This document shows positions 1-9,986 of a stretch of DNA of 20,000 bases, one piece after another. Positions within the stretch are counted from its first letter, which is position 1, and each line of letters opens with the position of its first letter. Made by a program: the position numbers and the translations under genes. Source of the stretch: Atractiella rhizophila (taxonomy: Eukaryota); NCBI GenBank assembly GCA_021432655.1, contig MU271406.1, forward strand, positions 51,785 through 71,784, in the 5' to 3' direction. The notes under the pieces are model-generated. The model was not told the DNA's origin. It did no database searches and saw nothing but the letters and a program-made list of their open reading frames with translations.

Positions 1-457
1 CCGGAAGGACCTTCACAAAAAACATCGAAAGCAAGTATCAGGCCTGAAAGCATAGCTACGTGCAGTGAAGAAGGATGATTGAACTTTGAATATTGTGAAG
101 CATAAGGTAGAAAAATGGTTGAAAGACATGTGCAGAAACCTGCATTCAAAATTGTGAAGGAGGTAAGGTCATCATTATTCAGAAGCAGAATCATGGTGCG
201 AGTTTCCATGCTTTTTTGAAATGGCCACGCTTTGTTTCTGCACAAAAAAATCCACAGCGAGCGTGAGCCACAGTAGACTCGGAACAATATATCCTCGTCC
301 TCGATTGTATCACAGTTTCGAGTCAGGAAGCGAAAAAATGCAAGTAGGGTTAGGGCGAAATTCGAGCTCCAAGTTCTCCTCGTTCACCACCAACTTGTTT
401 ATCAACCTCTCGTCCTTTTGCGCCTTTGGGTCCACGGGACCCAAGGCCCTTGCTCCA

Positions 458-463
458 TATAAA
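458..463 (+). promoter_or_regulatory. Putative TATA box of the 619..1536 gene
   Basis: TATAAA(G) about 160 nt upstream of ATG 619, followed by a pyrimidine-rich leader. Confidence 0.4.
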
Positions 464-618
464 GGGCTAGCTCCTTGTCGAATCCCCCAGAGAAATCCAC
501 CATCTGCGCTCTCGATTTTTCACACCAAGCGATACCGATACGAACGTACGCCCAACTTTTAAATCACCTCACACCAGGTCCAGAACTCCCTGCAAAGTCA
601 GCAGCAAGAGATCATCGG

Positions 619-1536
619 ATGGATTATCCCACAGACCACTGGGAAGCGGAGGAGGGATTCGACAGACCCTTTGGATGCGATTTGGAGCCCACGTACGCAG
701 GGGAGGGAGAGGGTCATTTTAGGTTTGGAGGAGAAAGCGCTGCGGAGATGTGCTCCTATGGTCTGTGCATTCCAGAAGTTTTGGACTTTGCTCATGACCT
801 GCATGCAGATGAACCTTTATACGACGAATTTTACGCAGAGTACGAGGAGGATTACAGGCAAGAATACCAACAGATGCCTTTGTTCCCAACCAAAGCCACC
901 ACCTCCTGTTCCAACAACTTCTCGCAACAACGTCTCCCGACCTCTACCCCTCGTTATCCGATGGAAACCGGAGCTCCCTCGTCCCTCAGATACCCAACTC
1001 CTTTGGATACGGATTCATATCTGCCAGATAATGTCTCCAGCGGCAGGAACGACACCTCATCAACTTCGACCGATCTTTACCTTAGACGCTCTATCAACTC
1101 CTCTCGTGGCTTCGGGAAGCTTCGTGCCTCGTCTTTGAACCAGCAGGCGAGGATGAACGTCCAACTCCAACAGTGGGAAGCTTCCCTGCCCGGTCATCAC
1201 CGTCAACGTCAAGAACGACTTCGTTCGGGCGGTGCGTCGAGCCCTGCTCCGCCTTCTCGAACAATGTATATTCGGGGTGCCCGGTACGCTTTTCTTTTCC
1301 TTTTCGTCGTATTTACACGATTCCTAATTGATTGACGACAATACAGTCCTTATCCGACCCCTCCAACTTCTCCTCTCGCTCCCTCCCAACCAATCTCCCT
1401 TCCTCCCATTTCATCTCTCTCTCTCCCTGCTCGCCGAACTTACACTCCTCAGACAATTGAGGACTTCGGAGAGATGGAAGATATTGCCGCTCGGAGGAGG
1501 AGGAGGGAGATGTCGAGCTACGATTACCCTTACTAA
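619..1536 (+). CDS. Hypothetical, probably disordered protein (2 exons), possible nuclear regulator
   Basis: The long ORF (475..1335) has its first ATG at 619 (MDYPTDHW...). An intron at 1284..1346 (GTACGC...CTAAT...ACAG) joins in frame to RPYPTPPTSPLAPSQPISLPPISSLSLPARR...ARRRRREMSSYDYPY*, with TAA at 1534-1536. No domain recognised. Confidence 0.65.
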
Positions 1537-2602
1537 ATCTCGGATCTAAATCGGGATGAAGACCGCTCGAGTCAACCAAACTTGCTCAATCTCTCGACGG
1601 TCTTCACAACTTTTCACCATCCTCCAAATTCCCGTCCTCTAACGCAGAGGGGGAATCAAGAATCTTCACGATCCGCTCGTAGAGGATCAACGGCCAACTC
1701 GTTACTGTCAACGTCGTGACATTCTGTCAACAAATTTTCAGTCGAAAGGGAGAGTTCGGGACTGTGTCACTGCCGTGCTCTCACCATTTCTATTCTGTCC
1801 CGGTTCGGATTCTCTTGGTCGCACTCGAGACCAGGATATCTAGACGGTTCCGGCCGTGGTTTTGTAGGCTGGGAAGTCTGAGTGCTGTCGACCCTCGTGC
1901 TCAACTGTAACGTTACTTTGTGCCAGCAAGATTTTGTGGCTCCACGTCGGGGTCACTCCACCAATGTTCTCCACTTTTCTATCTAACGTGTTGTATTTTC
2001 AATCCAAGGAACGAAGCCACCTCCTGCCCTCTCCTCCCGATCCTGGAATCGATCCCTTTCACCAGAGCTACTTTCGGCTCTCAAGTCTCCGTCGACATCC
2101 ACGGTGCGTCTCCAGGATCTCAAATAAAGTTATTTCGTTTTTCCTCCATTTGCGGGAATCGTTGTATGCGCCGTTCTTCGTTTTCTCCGATCTTGTGTTA
2201 CCGACTGGCATCATCCCCCCTCCTCCACACCCTGTTAATTTCTCGCGCTTGTATCTGGGATTCGTAGCCTTCCTCCTCGTCCTTACATTGACAGATCGGA
2301 GGGTTCAATACCGTTATTCTCAAATAAAGGAAGAAAAAAATACGAAAATGAGCAACATCGGAAGAAAAAAACTGGAAAATTGAAATCCTGTTTTGTGCTT
2401 TCTTCTGAGTGCTTGCCTTGATTATTGTGTCGGTTACTTATAGCCATTTGATACTCCCCTGATACTCTTCTTCCCGTCTTGTATTCCCCCCATCTTCAAG
2501 CGCTTTCAAGTTGGTTTTTATTTTTTTTCTCCAACGCCTGATCCCCGTCCCCCAAACCCCCTATCGCGAAGGAAGGAATTTGTTCAGTCCGACCTTCACT
2601 GT

Positions 2603-2870
2603 TATGGATCAACCGCCAAGTCCAGTGAAACATCGAAAATTCCAACTCCAAACCTATGCCCAAATTTTCGACTTTCTCAACACCTATGCCAGATCTCCCG
2701 AAAACGAAGAAATGACAGACTTCCTCCAACCACACTTATCTTGTTCTCTTAGAGTTAGAGGAAGGGATTCGTTGTTTACCTTGCAATGTATTCCTGTCGC
2801 ACCCCACATACTTATTGCAACTGCAGCCACTCAGCCCTGTTCTCCTCCAGCTCAATCATCACGAACGTAG
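2603..2870 (+). CDS. Possible small hypothetical protein or terminal exon
   Basis: Open frame 2511..2870 with protein-like composition (MDQPPSPVKHRKFQLQTYAQIFDFLNTYARSPENEEMTDFLQPHL...). No family recognised, the start is approximate and the structure is unresolved. Confidence 0.25.
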
Positions 2871-3169
2871 CCTCAAAAGTTCAAGTTCTGAGAGCTGGAG
2901 CGACTCGGAAGGCCCATAAGTAACATCGCATCCAGTATAAACAACGAGATTGTAAATTCAACATCTTTTTGATTTTCCAAATAGTCTACAGACACGAAAC
3001 GCAACAGACCTTTCAACAGTCTCTGAGCCTAAACCGAGAGAAAAGGGGTTTCAGTCCAAATCAAGAGACATGCGATTCTTCCTTGTTAGCACAAACACAT
3101 TGAATAGGACCATACGACAAGACTAGCACACAAGCAGCAGAACTAACCACTTATCATGAGTCAAGGAAT

Positions 3170-5052
3170 TCAATGTAGATCGCCCTTTAAATTACTGAAT
3201 TTCTCCAACGGCTGACGATAGAAGTGAGATATGATCCTTTGCGCGCTTTCGATAGTGACGTTATAGATTGGATGGGCCAAAACCTGCATAGGTAGCTTGG
3301 CTATCTAATTTCTCTGTTTAAGCAGCAATGGGACACACCAATTCGTTCTCAGGATGACCAACAATGATCTTTCCCCTCTCATCCTCCGTCCAGCTCAAAG
3401 CCCGGATAAAATTCTCCTTCATTCGGTTTGCTGCTGCTTCTTCCGTCTCCTTCTCGTCTTTAATCAAGTGCATCGTGCCTTGGGGTAGACCATTGACAAG
3501 CGGGAAGGTTCCTTCAGTGTCTTGCGAATACGGATCTTGAAATATTGTGGAAAGTTGCTCAGCGAGCGAAGTGGACCACACCATTTTATGCTGGCTCGAG
3601 CACAGGCCTGAGAGATTAGACGACGTGTGATAGGCATCGACAGCTCTGGCAAATAGTAAGCCACCCAAGCAGTTAGTCGGAATATCGACGCACTTTCCAG
3701 GCTTGTCACGGAATCCTCCTGTTTTGAGTTGGGCAATGAGCAAGACGTACTCCTGAGCAGCCACACGGTCGTAACCAAGATTCGCAATGTCTATTGTTTG
3801 GCATTAAAATCGACCAAAAATGATATGGAAACTGCGAACCTTGTTCATCCTCATCTTCCCAGTCGTCATCAACACTAATCCCACCCCCATTCGCGTTAGC
3901 GCCAGCATCCCCATTCTGAACCACTTTGTTTGCCCTCTTCTCCTTCTCCATTTCTGCCATCAGAATGGGAAATAAGCCACCGCACCACCAATTGTAACAT
4001 CCATCCACAAGCTTGTTCGTCCGCCCTCGGAAACCACCGCCTTCGATGGGGAGACCCTGCAGTCCAGCAGCCCAACGATATAAGTTTCCGAGGTCAAGCG
4101 ACCGTTTCATAGACAAGGTCGACGTGGAGGGAGCGTATGGAAGAGCGTGTAACATGTGATAAGAGGCAAGAGCGCAGAATGCATATCCTCCGTGCGCTTC
4201 CCCTGTTGGGGTCGAAAGATTGTCAGAATAAGGGAGAGAAGCAGCCGCAAGTCCGCCTTCATATGTTTGACAGCTGAGGAGCATTTAGAGATGTATCTAC
4301 AGAAGATTCAGACTAACCTGATCACAAAGTGCTCTGTACCAGATGCTAACGACGGTGTGAGGATATTCAGAAGAACGGCAACGCAAAGAGCGCAATAGAC
4401 CCCACTGTACGACATTGAGTTTCAACCTGATCTGGCTAGGAGAAAAACAAACCGCACGTCCACCTCTCCTCCATGATGCATGATAAAGCTTCCATCCTTC
4501 TGCTTCAAACTTAACAGCCATTTCAACATTTTTCTCCTATCAATTTTCTCCCAGCTCTGTTCGTCCCCCGTGATCGCAAGTGCCATGATACTTGCATAAG
4601 TAGGCGCCAGATGAGGCATCTGCCCAATGCCTCCTCCAAAGCCGCCATCGGGGTTTTGGAACGAAAGGATAGTCTTTGCTGCGCTATATTCGTACTTTAA
4701 CATGATGGACGGACAACAGAGGAAAATGCGAACCGTTGACGACTTGCTGGATCGAGAGTTACGTTCATAAGTGCTAATGAGTGGATGCACCAATAAATAA
4801 TCCATGGACGTGAGGCATCAAGACCAGTAAAACGATTTGGAAGAGTCTCGAGTAGTTTCGTTAGGAACTTTAGGTGAGGATGAGGGTCGATTTGGAGTCT
4901 ATCACCATGATGAAATCAGACACACTAGAGAATGACAGGGGATTGCACTTTGAGATATCCTTGGCGGGCGGTAGCAGTACTTCGCTATCGTCGTCTGAGA
5001 GGATAGATCGAAACGGAATAAGCAGTTGGGAGATGAGGGATTCAGTATCTTC
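3170..5052 (-). CDS. RAM1: Protein farnesyltransferase beta subunit (multi-exon, 5' exon unresolved)
   Basis: The spliced translation contains LDASRPWIIYW, QNPDGGFGGGIGQMPHLAPTYA, GGEVDVRGVYCAL, SCQTYEGG, GEAHGGYAFCALA, GGFRGRTNKLVDGCYNWW, GGFRDKPGK and DAYHT (Zn ligands D/C/H). The C-terminus is HPIYNV...HFY with stop at 3170-3172. Example introns: 4899..4948 and 4684..4733. The start codon lies upstream of 5052 and was not placed. Confidence 0.93.
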
Positions 5053-6205
5053 CTGTCCTCAGAACATTGTCAGTGGGTCTTTGACAGTTGTGAAGTTGCA
5101 ACACGAGAAACACCGAACGACTTGAAGGTCCGCATCATTTTGTTATCGCAGCCATCGAGACTGAGTGCCCTCATTACATAGTATCAGGCATCGAACAATC
5201 GTTCTCAACAATGATATTTTCGAGTTCGTGAAAGACAATAATTGAATACGGGTGACACAGATCATGCCGTGGACATAGCCTTGTGTCATGGTAGTGGCGC
5301 GCCAATTGACACGCACAATGAAGTTGAATCCAATACTAGATGAGGGACATTGTGCTGACTGAACAATCCTCTCATTGTTGTGAACCATGGAACCGAACAG
5401 TCCCAGGACAGCAATCAGTGGTGTTAAGTTCTGCTTAAATGAAGCAAGTACGGCAGATCAAAACAGCCTTTCCATTGCGATTGAGCTAACAAGAACTAGC
5501 GTTTTGAGCGGTGCAGATTTCAGCAGGCAGGAGAAGATGCCAACAAGCATGATGTGAGCTTACAACAATGCTTCACAGCGCATTTAGCATCGCCATGCAC
5601 GCTTTGCAAGATACTGCGAGTCTCTCAAACTTCCTTCCTCCAGCAGAGCAGCAGGAAAGAACACCCACCTGTTCCTCTCTCGTTTTTGACTGGAGGCCAT
5701 CAAACTCCATCGCTTTCAGCGGCAAAGTCAGCGTGCCACCAAACTTAGCCCATTCTGGGCTGCTGGAGTCATCCATTCCTGCTCTCGGACTGATTGATTC
5801 GAGTGTAGGTTGCGCGGCTGGACTTTGGTTGTGGAAAGTGGAAAGCTGATCGCGTCTGGAAGTGATTGCCAGTGGTTGTCCATTGTCAACAAAGAAGCCT
5901 TGTTTCGATCCGATCTAACCCTAAAGAACATTGAAGGGTCCAAAAGTCAAAAGGCCAACAAAGCTGAATGTCGATCATTAGTTCTGGGAATCTGAGTTTG
6001 AAAGATTTCAAGTTATTGTACTCATTTGTGAGAACGAGCAAGTTACTGAGGAGATGCTCCCAACGGATGCCATGCATAGCACATGCCAGTCAACTAAACT
6101 ACTGTTGCAGTGGATGCAGAAGATCTCCCAATTGTATGTCACGTTGTCTGTGAAGTTTACTAATACAGTTACTCTGAGAGATAACCCTCTATTCATCCTA
6201 CCAGA

Positions 6206-7194
6206 TCACTTTGACTTTCCAGCAACAAATGTATTGACCTGAGCGGGATCAGTGGCTCGATTTCGTATCAAAAGAAGACTAGGTCGACTTACAGTGTTCC
6301 CAAAATGGGAGCCTTGATACTCAGCGATCCTCAACTCCAAGTCGCTAGGTTGCCGACTCCCATCACCAGCAGCAACTGTCCTACTCGCCTATCGCATTAG
6401 CTGTGTACCGGACAGAAAGAAGAAAACAGACGCAGCACCGTAATAAGAGCCTCCAGCCACCTCGTTCATCTCTGCCAAACCGGGATGAGGGCCAATTGGA
6501 ACATAAATAATACCATGGTGAGCTAGAAACGGTATTGTGCTTTAGATGTATCGTAAGAGGTCGGCTAGTGGTACGAGGAATGAGAGAACACACCTCAAAG
6601 CGGTCGTCTCCTGTCCCCCATGCTGGGATCCAGTCGAGCTGAAGATGGTTGCGAATTTGCCGACGAGCGCACCAGAAGCCCATAGGCCGCCAGTGCGATC
6701 GAAGAAGGCGGAAACTTGAGCAGGTGCTCGTCCATACCTGCATACGACAATATAAGATTAAATGACAGGCAGAAAAAGGTTGCACTTACCTAGTGGGAAT
6801 ACCAAAAGCGTATCCGTCATAGCCTTTAAGCAGGCTGACATCTTCGAAGGGGGGATATTGTGCTTTTGGGGGAGCGTGCATCTTCGTGAGCACTTCGGCA
6901 GGCAGGGTCTCAGGAATCTATGTCCACATCTGAATAAAAAGACGAGGTCATCCAGAAAAAGTTTCACTCGCCTGATATATGTCTACGGTAGCGCCGGATG
7001 CTTTTAATCCTTTCGCAACAGATTCTGTGATATCCAAGATTTCAGCATTCCCTTTTGCAAATAGCAGGAGATCTACCTGCCAGCTGTGGCAGAAGTCAGC
7101 AATGTGATTCTGGCTATACTTGAAAAGAGTAAGGACAGACCTTCCAAATGTGGCCATATGTGGAATAGTACAGCAAAAGTATCTTCGCGGGCAT
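6206..7194 (-). CDS. wrbA: Flavodoxin-like NAD(P)H:quinone oxidoreductase, WrbA/Pst2/Ycp4 family, copy 1 (8 exons, ~204 aa)
   Basis: Spliced protein: [26 protein letters not shown]...[20 protein letters not shown]...[56 protein letters not shown]...[11 protein letters not shown]...[31 protein letters not shown]...AGKSK*. The WrbA signatures YSTYGH, GIPTRYG and HGGQETT are present. Confidence 0.95.
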
Positions 7195-7256
7195 GGCGTC
7201 TACTCCGTCTTTCGTTGAAACTTCAGATATTGCAAAAAGGTCTGATATGATCAGCA

Positions 7257-7264
7257 CTTTTATA
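7257..7264 (-). promoter_or_regulatory. TATA box of quinone reductase copy 1
   Basis: TATAAAAG on the minus strand about 63 nt upstream of ATG 7194. Confidence 0.65.
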
Positions 7265-7421
7265 GTCGCAACGCCGTGACAATCTTCAACCGACCTCCGA
7301 ACACACAGACGCACAAAACTTCAAAGCTTGCAAGACTGGGGAGTTCTCGAGCCGGCAGCCTGTCTTTCGCCCGAGCGATGGACATTCCGAATTTTGGTGG
7401 TGGTGGTGCTGACCAATACTG

Positions 7422-7437
7422 AAAAAAAAAAAAAAAA
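7422..7437 (+). repeat. A16 homopolymer at the duplication junction
   Basis: ...CCAATACTG-A16-GCAGGCAGG.... About 14 of these A's are absent from both parental flanks (5521 and 9327). Confidence 0.95.
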
Positions 7438-8109
7438 GCAGGCAGGAGAAGATGCCAACAAGCATGATGTGAGCTTACAACAATGCTTCACAGCGCATTT
7501 AGCATCGCCATGCACGCTTTGCAAGATACTAGAGTCTCTCAAACTTCCTTCCTACCGCAGAGAAGCAGCAAAGAACACCCACCTGTTCCTCTCTCGTTTT
7601 TGACTGGAGGCCATCAAACTCCATCGCTTTCAGCGGCAAAGTCAGTGTGCCACCAAACTTAGCCCATTCTGGGCTGCTGGCGTCGTCCATTCCTGCTCTC
7701 GGACTGATTGATTCGAGTGTGGGTTGCGCGGCTGGACTTTGGTTGTGGAAAGTGGAAAGCTGATCGCGTCCGGAAGTGATTGCCAGTGGTTGTCCGTTGT
7801 CAACAAAGAAGCCTTGTTTCGATCCGATCGAACCCTAAAGAACATTGAAGGCAAAAGGCCAACAAAGCTGAATGTCGATCATTAGTTCTGGGAATCTGAG
7901 TTTGAAAGATTTCAAGTTATTGTACTCATTAGTGAGAACAAGCAAGTTACTGAGGAGATGCTCCCAACGGATGCGATGCATAGCACATGCCAGTCAACTA
8001 AACTATTGTTGCAGTGGATGCAGAAGATCTCCCAATTGTATGTCACGTTGTCTGTGAAGTTTACTAATACAGTTACTCTGAGAGATGACCCTCTATTCAT
8101 CCTACCAGA

Positions 8110-9098
8110 TCATTTTGACTTTCCAGCAACAAATGTATTGACCTGAGCGGGATCAGTGGCTCGATTTCGTATCAAAAGAAGACTAGGTTGACTTACAGTG
8201 TTCCCAAAATGGGAGCCTTGATACTCAGCGATCCTCAACTCCAAGTCGCTAGGTTGCCGACTCCCATCACCAGCAGCAACTGTCCTACTCGCCTATCGCA
8301 TTAGCTGTGTACCGGACAGAAAGAAGAAAACAGACGCAGCACCGTAATAAGAGCCTCCAGCCACCTCGTTCATCTCTGCCAAACCGGGATGAGGGCCAAT
8401 TGGAACATAAATAATACCATGGTGAGCTAGAAACGGTATTGTGCTTTAGATGTATCGTAAGAGGTCGGCTAGTGGTACGAGGAATGAGAGAACACACCTC
8501 AAAGCGGTCGTCTCCTGTCCCCCATGCTGGGATCCAGTCGAGCTGAAGATGGTTGCGAATTTGCCGACGAGCGCACCAGAAGCCCATAGGCCGCCAGTGC
8601 GATCGAAGAAGGCGGAAACTTGAGCAGGTGCTCGTCCATACCTGCATACGACAATATAAGATTAAATGACAGGCAGAAAAAGGTTGCACTTACCTAGTGG
8701 GAATACCAAAAGCGTATCCGTCATAGCCTTTAAGCAGGCTGACATCTTCGAAGGGGGGATATTGTGCTTTTGGGGGAGCGTGCATCTTCGTGAGCACTTC
8801 GGCAGGCAGGGTCTCAGGAATCTATGTCCACATCTGAATAAAAAGACGAGGTCATCCAGAAAAAGTTTCACTCGCCTGATATATGTCTACGGTAGCGCCG
8901 GATGCTTTTAATCCTTTCGCAACAGATTCTGTGATATCCAAGATTTCAGCATTCCCTTTTGCAAATAGCAGGAGATCTACCTGCCAGCTGTGGCAGAAGT
9001 CAGCAATGTGATTCTGACTATACTTGAAAAGAGTAAGGACAGACCTTCCAAATGTGGCCATATGTGGAATAGTACAGCAAAAGTATCTTCGCGGGCAT
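8110..9098 (-). CDS. wrbA: Flavodoxin-like NAD(P)H:quinone oxidoreductase, WrbA/Pst2/Ycp4 family, copy 2
   Basis: Same exon structure as copy 1 shifted by 1904. The only coding difference I saw is a synonymous AAG/AAA in the last Lys codon. Confidence 0.95.
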
Positions 9099-9160
9099 GG
9101 CGTCTACTCCGTCTTTCGTTGAAACTTCAGATATTGCAAAAAGGTCTGATATGATCAGCA

Positions 9161-9168
9161 CTTTTATA
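9161..9168 (-). promoter_or_regulatory. TATA box of quinone reductase copy 2
   Basis: TATAAAAG on the minus strand about 63 nt upstream of ATG 9098. Confidence 0.65.
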
Positions 9169-9986
9169 GTCGCAACGCCGTGACAATCTTCAACCGACCT
9201 CCGAACACACAGACGCACAAAACTTCAAAGCTTGCAAGAATGGGGAGTTCTCGAGCCGGCAGCCTGTCTTTCGCCCGAGCGATGGACATTCCGAATTTTG
9301 GTGGTGGTGGTGCTGACCAATACTGACGAGCCAGGCAGTTGACTATGCTTGTGCTTGTGCCCCACAAAGCTGGCTACTAAACACTTCGCAGTGTTAACGC
9401 TAGGCGCCAACAGCTCTAACATCTCAGCTCGTCAAATAACGTCTGGCCGATTAGAACGGGATGTGTCACCTCAATCGTGGTTCCTCTATCTCGAGTTCAT
9501 TTTTCAGCATCACCCCGCTTCAACCTGCCAACCTAGTCGAAATCGTCATTGCAGCGAACTAGATGTCCATATAGACAACAATGAAGACGTGACAAAGTGC
9601 TTATTCAAAATTTTGCTTTGCGCTTGTGGATGTCCTCTGACATAATTGATGTTCGTCATGAAAACCAATACGGGGATGCAACGCTATTGAGATTCAATTA
9701 TAAAACCTGCCCAAAAAGTTGAATTAAATCCAGGAGAGCAACTGTAGCACGCGTCAAACGGCGCTCACATCCATCCATTGGGCTCATATACCATAAGGGT
9801 GTGGTGGAAAGCCAGGTATGCCTACGAGCTGGAACTGAGCTCTCAGGGAGCAAATAAGCCTAGTACAACTGGTGACGATAGGATGTTAAATGCAAGCTCA
9901 TTCGAGTGCTATCGACTTGAATTTACGGAACCTAAACATATTCAAATTATCAAATACCTTAGTTTCTGACTGAAGTATTGAAGAAT

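Larger units (their letters stand above)
5522..7422. repeat. Tandem duplication unit, copy 1 (~1.9 kb)
   Basis: Near-identical to 7437..9326. The offset changes from 1915 to 1904 after a 1-nt and a 10-nt indel. The ORF track repeats with offset 1904. Confidence 0.97.
7437..9326. repeat. Tandem duplication unit, copy 2
   Basis: Starts AGCAGGCAGGAGAAGATGCC like 5522 and ends GACCAATACTGA like 7422. Confidence 0.97.

Noticed and set aside
5554..6200. Short ORFs in the 3' flank of the duplicated unit
   Set aside because: Disrupted by 1-nt and 10-nt indels between the copies, with no recognisable motifs.
7396..7408. (GGT)4 tract near the breakpoint
   Set aside because: A very short microsatellite not shared with the other breakpoint.
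8061..8067. TTACTAA (Yap1 element) upstream of copy 1, also near 6157
   Set aside because: It is a single 7-mer lying in the 3' UTR of each gene, so chance occurrence is likely.
3170..9098. Functional link between FTase and the adjacent Ycp4-like proteins as prenylation substrates
   Set aside because: The proteins end in AGKSK with no CaaX cysteine.
5522..9326. The duplicated units as LTRs, a transposon, or a processed retrocopy
   Set aside because: No TG..CA ends, TIRs, internal gag/pol or transposase. Both units contain an intron-retaining host gene.
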